Assembly: GCA_003282175.1 (NCBI GenBank)
Contig: QBZX01000007.1
Coordinates: 4,144 to 68,143 of the forward strand
Length of the DNA stretch: 64,000 nt
From: Pelagibacteraceae bacterium AG-337-G06
GTDB lineage: Bacteria; Pseudomonadota; Alphaproteobacteria; Pelagibacterales; AG-422-B15
Direction of reading: 5' to 3'
The notes beneath the pieces were generated by a model that had not been told where the DNA came from, did no database searches, and worked only from the letters and a program-made list of their open reading frames with translations. Shown here in pieces: positions 1 through 14,313 of the stretch; position 1 is the stretch's first letter; the number at the start of each line of letters is the position of its first letter. The translations under genes and the position numbers were made by a program.

Positions 1-1
1 A

Positions 2-112
2 GCCCATAAAAAAAATATATCACTTGTAGAGGCAAATAAAATTTTGAAATATTTAGAAACTAAGAAAATTAAATTACTTCTCAGTCCTAGCAAGATGATC
101 TCTTCATATTGA
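2..112 (+). CDS. fumC: C-terminal end of probable class II fumarate hydratase (partial, runs off the left edge)
   Basis: Frame +2 reads AHKKNISLVEANKILKYLETKKIKLLLSPSKMISSY* (TGA 110-112). This resembles the FumC tail (AHK.g.tL.e....lgy......d....P..M), and FumC commonly precedes an RHH_4 gene in alphaproteobacteria. Confidence 0.55.
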   Translation, partial: AHKKNISLVEANKILKYLETKKIKLLLSPSKMISSY

Positions 113-120
113 TTGGCTCA

Positions 121-336
121 ATGCAGAACTCTAAAAAGCGTACAGTCAATCTAGATGGTCATATTACCAGTGTATTTTTAGAAAAAGAATTTTGGGAAGA
201 AATAGTTTCTTTAAGTAAACAAAACAATACTACGCCCGATCGACTTATTTCTGACATTGATCAGAAAAAGACAACTTCAAATTTATCAAGTGCCATTAGA
301 CTATACGTCTTGAATCACTTAAAAAATCGAACATGA
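121..336 (+). CDS. Ribbon-helix-helix domain protein (RHH_4-like)
   Basis: KKRTVNLDGHITSVFLEKEFWEEI...NLSSAIRLYVL pattern. ATG at 121 preferred over the track's TTG at 109. Confidence 0.75.
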   Translation: MQNSKKRTVNLDGHITSVFLEKEFWEEIVSLSKQNNTTPDRLISDIDQKKTTSNLSSAIRLYVLNHLKNRT

Positions 337-2551
337 GCAATACCCAATACCTAGACAATTTAAATAAGTTACAGCACGAGTCAGTTTGCAGTACTAAAGG
401 TCCAAACCTAATTATTGCAGGAGCAGGAACAGGAAAAACAAGAGTTTTGACAACACGTGTGGCGCATATTTTAGAAACTAACCTCGCCTTTCCATCTCAA
501 GTACTTTGCGTTACATTTACTAATAAAGCTGCTCGTGAAATGGCTGATAGGGTTCAGCAGCTTGTAAATCAAAGTATGGATAGAATTCCCTGGATCGGCA
601 CATTTCACTCAATTGGAGCAAAAATTATTAGAAATCACGCCGAGGTATTAGGTCTCAAGTCAAGTTTTACAATATTGGATAAGGATGATCAGCTTTCTCT
701 CATAAAACAAATTATTAAAGCTGAAAACCTTGATCAATCTCAATTCTCGCCCAAACTTATTCTATTAAAAATTGACCAATGGAAGAATAAGGCATTGAAC
801 CCTGATGATGTTAAAGCTGAGAGTCTTGATAGTCTTATTGATGAAAAAAGTTCAACAATTTACAAAATCTATCAGCAACGATTATTTGAAATTAATTGCT
901 TAGATTTTGGAGATTTACTGTTGCAATGTATAAATTTATTCAAGAGAGATGATATTTTAAAAAGATATGCATCTAATTTTAAATATATACATGTTGATGA
1001 ATATCAAGATACGAATGCAGCACAATATATATGGCTAAAACTTCTCGCATCTGAACACCTTAACATATGCTGCGTAGGTGATGATGATCAATCCATTTAT
1101 AGTTGGCGCGGAGCTGAAGTAGATAACATGCTAAAATTTGAAAAAGAATTCGATAACGCAAAAGTAATAAGATTAAAACAAAATTATAGATCAACAAACA
1201 ATATCTTAAAATCTGCATCATCCCTCATAAGTTATAACGAAATGAGGCTTGGAAAAGAATTAATATCTGACCAAGGAACCGGTGAACCAATCTATCTGCA
1301 TTTAGTTAATTCAAGCCGTGACGAAGCTAACCTCGTTGCACAAGAAATTTTAGATTATAAAAAAGATAATCCTGATTTAAATAACATTTCCATCTTAGTT
1401 AGAGCTGTTTTTCAATCCAGAGAAATAGAGGAATCTCTAATAAAGTATTCTATTCCATATCGAATTATTGGTGGAATTAAATTCTATGAGAGATCTGAAA
1501 TAAAAGATGCTGTTTCGTACTTAAGATTAGTCTATGAAAGTCAGGACGATGTCGCTTTTGAAAGAGCACTCACAGTTCCAAAAAGAGGCATAGGTGAAAA
1601 GTCCTTTAATCATATCCTATCACTTGCAAATCGAAATAAAATTTCCCTATACCAAGCTTCTAAAAATATGATTGATACTGATGAACTAACAAAAAAAATT
1701 TCTGAAAGTTTAAAATCATTTATTGGAGTTATAGACAGAGGCAAGTCAATGATCGAGAATGTTCCATTCTACGATATTTTGAAAGTATTATTAGATGAGT
1801 CTGGATATATGAATATGCTTAAGAATGATAAAAATGTATCTGCTCAAACAAAAATTGAAAACATAAAAGAACTTATAGTTGCAATGCAGGACTACAATAG
1901 TATTGAGGAATTTTTAGAGCATATATCATTAGTAACAGCGGTAGATGAAAATAATGCAGATAATAAAGTAAGTATAATGACATTGCATGCTGCAAAAGGA
2001 CTTGAGTATGACTTTGTTTTTCTGCCAGGGTGGGAAGAAGGATTGTTTCCGCATCAAAAAACAATCGATGAAAGTGGCAATAAGGGTATAGAAGAGGAAA
2101 GAAGACTGGCTTATGTAGGAATAACTAGAGCTAAGAAAAAAATTAATATTATAACGTCTATGACGAGGCGTTTTCAAAATAATTGGATGCCTTCACTTCA
2201 ATCAAGGTTCATTGATGAATTAGATCAAGAAATCATAAAGACAATCAACCACGCTTCTGATCATTTGAATTCTTTTCAGGAACCTCATTTTGACGAATAC
2301 AACCAAGATTATGGTTTAAGACCAAAAAAGATTTCATTTCAAAATAATGAAGTATCTAGCTACAGAACTGTCGTAGATATGGAGATTGAAAATGTAAGAG
2401 ATATAAATGATGACCTTATCCTGCAAATTGGACAAACTGTTGAGCACAAAAAATTTGGCATAGGGACAATACAGGACATAGATGGAACAAAAGCTATTGT
2501 TGATTTTGACAAACACGGTAAAAAAAAGCTAATTTCTGATTTCTTAAAGCC

Positions 2552-2558
<7 letters not shown>
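333..2558 (+). CDS. uvrD: ATP-dependent DNA helicase UvrD/PcrA
   Basis: AGAGTGKT Walker A, DEYQD, QNYRS, TLHAAKGLE, EERRLAYVGITRA; C-terminal Tudor-like domain (GQTVEHKKFGIG). Confidence 0.95.
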
Positions 2559-6301
<3,743 letters not shown>

Positions 6302-6310
6302 TTAGATTAA

Positions 6311-7069
6311 TTATGTAAGATCTTTTACAAGTTCATAACTCTTTAAAAACCAGTCACTTTCAGGGAAATTAAATTGAAGAGTTGCTGCGTATCTCTTCGC
6401 TTCTTCATTAAGACCAAGTGAATAATATATTTCTACTAGCCTATGTAGTGCTTCCTCAGTATAAATTGATGTTTTATATTCATCTAAAATATTATTGTAT
6501 CTGTTTATTGCCGATATCCATTGATGATTAAATTGATAATATCTTGCAATCTCCATTTCTTTTGCAGCAAGCCTGTCATTTATAATATCTATTCTAATTA
6601 ATGCATCACTCGCAAATTCTGATTCTGGAAACTTATTTATAACTTCATTAAAAGCTCTTTTAGCTTTAGTTGTAGTTGTTTGATCTCTTTCTACATCGCT
6701 TATCTGCTCAAAATAATTTAATGCTCTTAGGTAGTAGGCGTAAGAGATTTTTTTGCTACCTGGGTATAATGCTATAAATCTCTCAAGCGCATCCAAACTA
6801 TCATTATACATGTTTGATTTGTAATAACAAAACCCAGACATTAATTGAGCTTGGTTTGACCATTTTGAGTAGGGGTATTGTCTTTCAATGTCTTCAAATA
6901 AAATAGCAGCATCAACGAAGTCCCTTTTTTTTACAAGTTCCATTGCATTGTTATATAGAACTTGCAGCTTTTCACCCTCTGTTTCTGGCATCATGAGTTT
7001 AGTATCTGAGCACGCAGTGAAAATTAGTAAAAACGCTATTAAAGAAGCATGAGCTTTTAGATTAAACAT
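6311..7069 (-). CDS. bamD: Outer membrane protein assembly factor BamD (lipoprotein)
   Basis: Lipobox LIFTAC, TPR helices, YPYSKWS, ERDQ, EMEIARYY, EALHRLVE. Start moved to ATG 7069 because the longer track ORF overlaps lpxC. Confidence 0.92.
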   Translation of the reverse strand: MFNLKAHASLIAFLLIFTACSDTKLMMPETEGEKLQVLYNNAMELVKKRDFVDAAILFEDIERQYPYSKWSNQAQLMSGFCYYKSNMYNDSLDALERFIALYPGSKKISYAYYLRALNYFEQISDVERDQTTTTKAKRAFNEVINKFPESEFASDALIRIDIINDRLAAKEMEIARYYQFNHQWISAINRYNNILDEYKTSIYTEEALHRLVEIYYSLGLNEEAKRYAATLQFNFPESDWFLKSYELVKDLT

Positions 7070-7121
7070 CAAATTTGATTTTAATGGAAATTTATTAAGA
7101 TTAAAGTGTAAATCTAATGAT

Positions 7122-8051
7122 TTAAATTGACGCTGAAAGCACTTTTTTATGGTTTGTGGTCGAGAACGAGAATTTATCATAATCATCATTCTCATCAACA
7201 AGTTTCCAATTAGATTTGTCAGACATAATTAATTTAGCAAGTTCGTGAGTAAGCCTATGCCCCCCTTTAAATATTTCAAAGGAACCTTGCACCCTATGCC
7301 CCAATAGGTATATGTCGCCAATGAAATCCAAAACCTTGTGTCTTACAAACTCGTTATCATATCTAAGTGCTGACTTATTCATAATTCCTTCATTATCAAG
7401 GACTATCGCATTTTCAAGAGACCCACCAGCTATAAGTCCTTTATCCTTAAGTAAATCAACTTCGTCTTTGAATCCAAATGTTCTGCTATTACTAATAATA
7501 GTTGTATAATTATATTCTGTATCTAACTCAAAATTAAATTTTTGCTCTTTGATCAGTTTATGTTCATAAACTATAGTATAATTAATTAACGTATTATATG
7601 CTGGTGTAACTTTAATATAACTATCGTCATCTCTAAAAATAATTGGACGATTAATCTTCATAATTTTTCGTTTTGAATTTAAATTCTTAATTCCTACACT
7701 TTTAATTTTCATCACGTAATCTAAAGAGCTACCATCTAGGATTGGAAGCTCTGAATTATCTATCTCAACAATTGCGTTATCTATTCCTAATCCATAGAAA
7801 GCCGACATTAGATGCTCTATGGTTGATACAGAATGACCAAATTCATTTGATATTTTTGTACACAACTCAGAAATTTCAACATATTCAATATTTGCTTTTA
7901 CAATACTTTCATTGTGTGGCACTTTTAAGTCTGTGCGTTTGAAAAGTATCCCTGTATTTGGGGGTGCAGGATTAACTTTCATACTACTCGTCTCTCCACT
8001 ATGCAAAGTGATACCAGATAATTTAAAATACTTTTTGAGAGTTTTTTGCAT
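7122..8051 (-). CDS. lpxC: UDP-3-O-acyl-GlcNAc deacetylase
   Basis: GITLHSG, STIEHLMSA, SRTFGF, GGSLENAIV, RHKVLDFIGD, GGH motifs. Confidence 0.96.
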   Translation of the reverse strand: MQKTLKKYFKLSGITLHSGETSSMKVNPAPPNTGILFKRTDLKVPHNESIVKANIEYVEISELCTKISNEFGHSVSTIEHLMSAFYGLGIDNAIVEIDNSELPILDGSSLDYVMKIKSVGIKNLNSKRKIMKINRPIIFRDDDSYIKVTPAYNTLINYTIVYEHKLIKEQKFNFELDTEYNYTTIISNSRTFGFKDEVDLLKDKGLIAGGSLENAIVLDNEGIMNKSALRYDNEFVRHKVLDFIGDIYLLGHRVQGSFEIFKGGHRLTHELAKLIMSDKSNWKLVDENDDYDKFSFSTTNHKKVLSASI

Positions 8052-8119
8052 CTTGATGCAACTTTATAAATTGATCACTAATGATCTGACAGACAAAGAT
8101 TATTACTTTTTGTTACTAT

Positions 8120-9310
8120 TTATAAGTTTTGAAAAAATTTATAAATTATTGATAATATTGAATTTTTTTTCTTTTTGCTATCACTTATCTCACCCTCTAA
8201 ATCATGGTTTGTTGCGTAAGCAAGTAATCCAAAGCTTGAAGTCAGTGAAGGATTGTCAATAAATGTCTTAGAGCCATTTATTTTTCTGGTAGATCCTAAT
8301 CTAAATGATGAATTAGCAAATTTAGCTCTTATTAGTTTTTGAATAGTAATTGATTTTGCTCCATATCCTGTAAGTAATACTGAATTTAAAACTAATGAAT
8401 TAAATCGTGTCTCAGTTGCTGTCATTGATACCAATTTAGCTAGTTCTTCAGCACGAGATAAATAAATTTCATAATATTTTTCAAGTTCTTTGTCGCGCTT
8501 CTTATCTCTATCAAAAATGTCAATCTTCTTTCTAATATTTTCAGCTTCTTCAAGAGTAAGACACTTTATTTGAGATATATCATTAGTAAAATGAAAAGTT
8601 CCAATTTTTATAATATCAAATCCAATCAATTGACCATCAAACGTATAAGACAAAACAGTTTTATTTTTCCGCACTTCAATGGTTATTGCGCCTAGGTCCG
8701 ACTCTTCTTCACTTAAAACTGCTAAACTTGTTGAATAATTACTAGAGACGATTTGCTTTAAATTTAGACCCATTTCTTGAAATGTTTTATATATTGTTTC
8801 AAGATAATTTTTAGAAACTGATATTACATGCCATTTTGTAAGAAGATTATCGGCCTTCATTCCTATTGGATCTGATACACTTTTTCTGTTGTCAATGCGA
8901 TAGCTAATTGGAAAAGAATGTAATGGTTCTTTAAGTTTTGTATATAAACTTGTAAATAATTTAGAATTAAAGAAGGCTTTTATATCAGTTTCTAAAATTA
9001 CGTTGTCCTTGCTCATAATATTAAAATCAATATATTCTGATGACATATTTTCAGAAATACTAACAAAAACATCTGATATTTTTACGCTAGCCTCATATTC
9101 AGCCTTCGAAATTGCGCTTTCAATATAATTACTGATTTGTGCATGAGGCAGAGAGAGTGGCTTAGTGCAATCAATTGGCATTTTTGAAATGCCGATACCT
9201 ATTAATTGAAGAATTTTTTTCCTATTTATAATTTCTAATTCTTGAGCAATTAAACAAATTATCTTATCAGAGCGTATGTCAATTGCACTTAAAATATTTC
9301 TTTGTGACAT
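8120..9310 (-). CDS. ftsA: Cell division protein FtsA, highly divergent
   Basis: Follows ftsQ with a TGATG overlap. N-terminal IDIRSDKIICLIA, DPIGM, HFTNDIS, SRAEEL, LLTGYGA and a C-terminal amphipathic helix. ATP-binding glycines are replaced. Confidence 0.85.
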   Translation of the reverse strand: MSQRNILSAIDIRSDKIICLIAQELEIINRKKILQLIGIGISKMPIDCTKPLSLPHAQISNYIESAISKAEYEASVKISDVFVSISENMSSEYIDFNIMSKDNVILETDIKAFFNSKLFTSLYTKLKEPLHSFPISYRIDNRKSVSDPIGMKADNLLTKWHVISVSKNYLETIYKTFQEMGLNLKQIVSSNYSTSLAVLSEEESDLGAITIEVRKNKTVLSYTFDGQLIGFDIIKIGTFHFTNDISQIKCLTLEEAENIRKKIDIFDRDKKRDKELEKYYEIYLSRAEELAKLVSMTATETRFNSLVLNSVLLTGYGAKSITIQKLIRAKFANSSFRLGSTRKINGSKTFIDNPSLTSSFGLLAYATNHDLEGEISDSKKKKNSILSIIYKFFQNL

Positions 9311-10047
9311 CAGATATCGTTTATACCATAATTAATCTTTCCTTCATCTACTCTTAAAGATGCCCTTCCTTCAATTCTTAAGTCAATTTCAATTATATTG
9401 CTCTGTAATACTTTTTCTTCGATAAATAAGTTCTTAAGGTTTTTAAGTGCATTATCTACTTTTGAATCAGGTAGTTTTATTAATAAATTATTTTTTAAAG
9501 TTAAATTCCATCTTCTTTTCTCAACAAAATCTAATTTACTTAATTGTGAAATAAGCTCATGAAAATGAATATTTAACTCCTTAATAAGGCCTTTAAGGGC
9601 CGATGGAGATTCGTCGCCTGAAATAATAATAAAGTTTTCAAGTTCATAGTCTTTATTTTTTTCAGTAATGATTGTTCCGTCAATATCTAAAAGATAATAT
9701 TTATCTTTATCTCTTAAAATTGCATATGGTTCATTTTCAATAATATCTAATACTAATGAGGATGGATAAATTTTTTTTAAATTTACTCTCTTGATCCATT
9801 TTTCTTGCTCAATAATCTCTTTAATCTTATGTAAATCCAAAGATAATAAATCAGAAGTATGATTATATATTTCTTCTTTAATTATACTTATATTTGATTT
9901 TTCTGAACCATTAATCTTTATGTGATTTAACAAAAAATATTTTGAGGCTAAGCTTGGAAAGTAATATATTGATACTGATATTGATAAAAGAAATATAATT
10001 AATATTGCACACACAATATTTATATATTTAACGGTTTGTTCCTGCAT
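9310..10047 (-). CDS. ftsQ: Cell division protein FtsQ/DivIB
   Basis: N-terminal TM, POTRA domain, RRWNL, IDLRIEGR; 20-bp overlap with ddl. Confidence 0.9.
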   Translation of the reverse strand: MQEQTVKYINIVCAILIIFLLSISVSIYYFPSLASKYFLLNHIKINGSEKSNISIIKEEIYNHTSDLLSLDLHKIKEIIEQEKWIKRVNLKKIYPSSLVLDIIENEPYAILRDKDKYYLLDIDGTIITEKNKDYELENFIIISGDESPSALKGLIKELNIHFHELISQLSKLDFVEKRRWNLTLKNNLLIKLPDSKVDNALKNLKNLFIEEKVLQSNIIEIDLRIEGRASLRVDEGKINYGINDI

Positions 10048-10939
10048 CCTCTAAGATCCAATTAATAAGTTCATCAAATTCTGTCCCCTTATATTTTGCT
10101 ATCTCTGGCACTAATGAAGTTGGTGTCATTCCAGGCTGTGTATTAAGTTCAAGAATATAAAACTGATTGCTATTATTTTCTAAAATAAACTCTGTCCTGG
10201 AAATTCCTTTACATCCTAGAATTTTATGTGCCTTTAAAGCTAGATTCTCTACCTCTTCCAGTTGATTTTTATCTATTTTTGGTGGGATTATATGCTTAGT
10301 TTTACCGTTATCAAAATACTTTGACTCATAGTCATAGAATTCGTTTTTTGGATCAATTTCTATAGAGCCAGTCCTATCGTTTCCAATTACGGCAACATTA
10401 ATTTCTTGGCCGTCAATGTACTCTTGAACTAGAACCTCATTTCTATGTGAGTTATTCTTTAAGTATCTTTTTTTTTCTTCTTGGTTCCTGATTATTCCAA
10501 CGCCTACACTGGAGCCTTCGTTTCTTGGTTTTATAACAAATGGATACTCAGGAAAATTGTATTCATTAATGATATTAATATTCGCGAGGTTTGTTATTGG
10601 GTAATTAAAATTATTTTTAATAAATAGTTCTGCAGACTTATGTTTGTCCATTGCTAATTGAGATGCTTCAATGCCTGAATGCGTATAGGGAACATTATTT
10701 GCTTCAAGAATTTTTTGAACTTCTCCATCTTCTCCCCATGTACCATGCAAGCCATTAAAAATTACATCAGGTTTGTGTTCTGATATGTGATCTGAAAGAT
10801 CTAAATTTGCATCAATTTCGATTACCTCATAGCCTAATCTTACAAGCGCCCTAGATATTTCTTTGGAAGTTATGATACTTATTTCTCTTTCTGCCGATAT
10901 GCCTCCATAAAGTAACATAACTTTATTGAATATTCTCAT
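10028..10939 (-). CDS. ddl: D-alanine--D-alanine ligase
   Basis: GGISAEREIS, LHGTWGEDG, KPRNEGSSVG, YDYESKY, LELNTQPGMT. Confidence 0.96.
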   Translation of the reverse strand: MRIFNKVMLLYGGISAEREISIITSKEISRALVRLGYEVIEIDANLDLSDHISEHKPDVIFNGLHGTWGEDGEVQKILEANNVPYTHSGIEASQLAMDKHKSAELFIKNNFNYPITNLANINIINEYNFPEYPFVIKPRNEGSSVGVGIIRNQEEKKRYLKNNSHRNEVLVQEYIDGQEINVAVIGNDRTGSIEIDPKNEFYDYESKYFDNGKTKHIIPPKIDKNQLEEVENLALKAHKILGCKGISRTEFILENNSNQFYILELNTQPGMTPTSLVPEIAKYKGTEFDELINWILEDAGTNR

Positions 10940-11859
10940 CTATTACCCAAAATTTTAATTTCCCACTCTAGTTCAATGCCTAATCTACTCTTGACTTCTT
11001 TTTTTATATTTTCACCAAAATCTTCAATTAAATTAGCAGAGTCTTTCTGTCTGTTGACTATAAAATTCGCATGTTTTTCTGAAAATGAAACTCCATTTAA
11101 TTCATATTTTCTTAATCCAGCTTTATCGATTAGTTGCCAGGCTTTAAGCTGGCCACTATCGAACGGATTTTTGAATGTACTTCCAGCAGTCATCACTTTT
11201 TGAGGCTGAGTGTCTTTTCTTTGATTATTGATTTCAACGATTTTTTTATTAATTACTAATGGATCTCCAATTTCTTTATTAAATTGAACCTCGCAGACTA
11301 TGTATTTATCTAAAAAATTATTTTTTCTGTAAGAAAATAATTCTTCAGAATAATTCAGTTCCATGGGCTCTCCCTGATTACTTAAGCATTTTGCTTTAAT
11401 GAAAATATCTTTAGTCTCAGATCCGAAGCACCCTGCATTCATGCGTGTAGCCCCTCCTACAGTGCCAGGTATTCCTGAATAAAATTCAAATCCAATTATT
11501 GAATTCTTCAAGCAATATTTTGATAAAACTTTATCTTGAACGGCCGCTCCTGCAAAAACTATATTCTTATCATGATAAATATTACTAAATTTATTACCTA
11601 ATCTGATGACGAGGCCTGGTATGCCTCCATCTCTAATAATTATATTTGATCCTAAACCAATAACTGTGACATCTATATCCTCTCCTTTGGTAGATAATAC
11701 CAATTGTAATTCTTCTAAACTTGAAGGAATGTAAAAGATTTCGGCATTACCACCAATTCCAAACCAACTATGTTTAGACAAATTATAATTAAATTTGTAT
11801 TTACCTTTTACTTTATTTCTTAAAAATATTTCATTAAGAATTTGCTGATTCTTATTCAT
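10936..11859 (-). CDS. murB: UDP-N-acetylmuramate dehydrogenase
   Basis: GLGSNIIIRDGG, GIPGTVGGATRMNAG, GSTFKNP, HANFIVN, LEWEI. Confidence 0.96.
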   Translation of the reverse strand: MNKNQQILNEIFLRNKVKGKYKFNYNLSKHSWFGIGGNAEIFYIPSSLEELQLVLSTKGEDIDVTVIGLGSNIIIRDGGIPGLVIRLGNKFSNIYHDKNIVFAGAAVQDKVLSKYCLKNSIIGFEFYSGIPGTVGGATRMNAGCFGSETKDIFIKAKCLSNQGEPMELNYSEELFSYRKNNFLDKYIVCEVQFNKEIGDPLVINKKIVEINNQRKDTQPQKVMTAGSTFKNPFDSGQLKAWQLIDKAGLRKYELNGVSFSEKHANFIVNRQKDSANLIEDFGENIKKEVKSRLGIELEWEIKILGNR

Positions 11860-13243
11860 ATATTTTTTTTAGGTTTTTAGTAAATTCTGAAGCCCATTGA
11901 GTCACTGTTCCAGCACCCAGAAATAAAAAAGTAAGTTTGTCATTACTAGACTTAATTAATTTCAGCAACTGCTCATCATTTTTATAGGCCTCTGCATTAA
12001 CTTTGGAATTTTTTTTAATACTTTTTATTAGTGATCGTAGATTAAAATTATTTGGTATCTTTTCTCCTGCTGAATAAACACGCGATACAAAGACCTGGTC
12101 ACATTTAATGAAACATTTGCTGAATTCTTTTTTTAAATTTATCAGTCGTGAATATCGATGAGGCTGAAAAATTATAATAAGTTTTCTTTTTGGATTTGAA
12201 TGATTCAGTCCCTCGATAACATTCTTAATTTCTGTTGGATGATGCGCATAATCGTCTATGATCGTGATATTTTTTTTATTCCAGAGTTGCGTAAGTCTTC
12301 TTTGTACGCCACTGAATTTAGATAAGGCTTTCTTTATTGTTCCATGATTTACATTGAGTTCTGAAGCGAGTGCTATAGCAGCTAAGGCATTACTAATGTT
12401 ATAATTGCCATGCATGGGTAAACTTATATTTTTAATTGTTTTACCAATTTTTTTTAACTCAACATTAAAAACTACTCCATTACTATTGTACCTTATTTTT
12501 TTACTCTGTATGTCACTGTTTTCAGCCTCTCCGTATGTAATTATATTTGCTGTAGTGATTTTATTTACTATTTTTCTTATTGAGGGGTCATCTAAGCATA
12601 CTATGGCAAATCCATAAAATGGAACTTGCGTAATAAATTTTTTAAATTGAAATAGTAAATTATTATAATTTTTATAGAAATCTAGATGTTCTTTATCAAT
12701 ATTAGTTACTATAGCAATCGTAGAAGGTAGTTTTACAAAAGTACCATCCGACTCATCCGCTTCAACAACCATCCATTTTCCTGAACCTAGTCTAGTATTT
12801 GTACCGAACTGATTGATAATACCTCCGTTGATGATCGTTGGGTTCATTTTTGCGGCATTCAAAATTGAAGAAACAAGAGACGTAGTTGTTGTTTTTCCAT
12901 GAGATCCTGAAACAGCAATTGAATTTTTTAGTTTTACAATTTGAGATAGTATTTCCGCTCTTGTTATTGACGGAATTTTATTTTTTTTTGCAAATTTTAA
13001 TTCAACATTGCTTTTCTTTACAGCTGTAGAATATACAATTAAGTTAACATTTTTTAAGTTTTCTTTCTTATGTCCCTTGAAAGTCTTAATGTTTTTTTTG
13101 TTTAAGCGAAGTATGTTTGAATTAATATTTATATCACTGCCCTGAACATGATATCGCATATCTGATAAAATTTCGGCAATACCGCTCATACCAATTCCAC
13201 CAATTCCAATTATATGTATCAATATATCTTTGTTAATTTTCAC
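11852..13243 (-). CDS. murC: UDP-N-acetylmuramate--L-alanine ligase
   Basis: IGIGGIGMSG, GSHGKTTT, EADESDG, DDYAHHP, FQPHRYSR. Confidence 0.97.
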   Translation of the reverse strand: MKINKDILIHIIGIGGIGMSGIAEILSDMRYHVQGSDININSNILRLNKKNIKTFKGHKKENLKNVNLIVYSTAVKKSNVELKFAKKNKIPSITRAEILSQIVKLKNSIAVSGSHGKTTTTSLVSSILNAAKMNPTIINGGIINQFGTNTRLGSGKWMVVEADESDGTFVKLPSTIAIVTNIDKEHLDFYKNYNNLLFQFKKFITQVPFYGFAIVCLDDPSIRKIVNKITTANIITYGEAENSDIQSKKIRYNSNGVVFNVELKKIGKTIKNISLPMHGNYNISNALAAIALASELNVNHGTIKKALSKFSGVQRRLTQLWNKKNITIIDDYAHHPTEIKNVIEGLNHSNPKRKLIIIFQPHRYSRLINLKKEFSKCFIKCDQVFVSRVYSAGEKIPNNFNLRSLIKSIKKNSKVNAEAYKNDEQLLKLIKSSNDKLTFLFLGAGTVTQWASEFTKNLKKIYE

Positions 13244-14298
13244 GAATTGCTCTCTAAATAATCTATTATTTTTTTAGATGGATTACTTATGCGTCTTGCT
13301 TTCAAGCGGTTTTTGATTAAATTCACTTTTTCATTATCATTAATTATTTCATTGATTGAATTCAGAATATTTTCTAGATTTACAGCTTCATTGGAAATAA
13401 TTTTTGTACATTCTGATGTATTCAAGTTTTTTGCATTGTAATATTGATGATTATCTGACGCATGTGGATAAGGTATCAGTATTGAAGGAATACAATAATA
13501 TATAATTTCATTAACTGTTGATGAACCTGACCTTGAAATTACTAAATCAGATCTTGATAGCACTTGTGCCATTTCATCAAAAAATACTCTTACATCATTC
13601 TTGATATTATGAGTCTTATAATAAGCTTGTAAACTCTCTAAGTCCTCTGATCTACACTGGTGAAAAACTATAATCCTCTTTTCACTGTTATCCTGAACTC
13701 TCTTAATGGACTCGGCGATATTAATAGATAAATTACGTGCTCCCTGGCTACCACCTATTATACATATCACAAAATTATTACTCGAATTATTCTTCAATAC
13801 TTTATCCTCTTTATTTATTCTTATAGGAAGGCCAACCATTTTATTATTAATATCTATTTTCTTTCCAGGGATTAAAGTATTTTCAAAACTTGTTAATAGA
13901 TCCTTAGTAAAGTTTAACAAAAATCTATTTGCTTTGCCGATAATCGCATTGCCTTCGTGTAAAAAGATTTTAAACCGCATTAACCATCCTGCAATTATGA
14001 CAGGGACAGTAAAATAGCCACCAAAGCCTAAAACAAAATCCGGTCTTAATTTTAAGTAATATGGAATTGACTGAATAAAAATATATGGAAGATTAATTAA
14101 ATTAGAGATTTTGCCTTGCTTATTAATTAGACTCTTTATTAATATTTTTTTCTTAATTGCAATATCTTTAAAGTATTTTAGCCCTCTTTCGTCTGTTAAA
14201 ATATAGCATTCATTTTTTTTGATTATCTCAGAATACAATACACTCATGGGTATGCAATGACCACCCGTTCCGCCACCAACAAGGAAGAATTTTTTCAT
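13240..14298 (-). CDS. murG: Lipid II GlcNAc transferase MurG
   Basis: GGGTGGH, FGGY, HEGNAIIGKAN, GGSQGA, SRSGSST, HQYYNA. Confidence 0.93.
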   Translation of the reverse strand: MKKFFLVGGGTGGHCIPMSVLYSEIIKKNECYILTDERGLKYFKDIAIKKKILIKSLINKQGKISNLINLPYIFIQSIPYYLKLRPDFVLGFGGYFTVPVIIAGWLMRFKIFLHEGNAIIGKANRFLLNFTKDLLTSFENTLIPGKKIDINNKMVGLPIRINKEDKVLKNNSSNNFVICIIGGSQGARNLSINIAESIKRVQDNSEKRIIVFHQCRSEDLESLQAYYKTHNIKNDVRVFFDEMAQVLSRSDLVISRSGSSTVNEIIYYCIPSILIPYPHASDNHQYYNAKNLNTSECTKIISNEAVNLENILNSINEIINDNEKVNLIKNRLKARRISNPSKKIIDYLESNS

Positions 14299-14313
14299 GC
14301 TATTTCCTACTCA

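Noticed and set aside
7070-7201. N-terminal extension of BamD in the track
   Set aside because: Overlaps lpxC by 80 bp and would displace the lipoprotein signal; ATG 7069 gives a normal signal peptide.
8052-8119. ftsZ remnant or regulatory site in the vacated ftsA-lpxC gap (GATCA-CTAA-TGATC at 8073-8086)
   Set aside because: No FtsZ-like codons; a 5-bp palindrome is expected by chance in AT-rich DNA.
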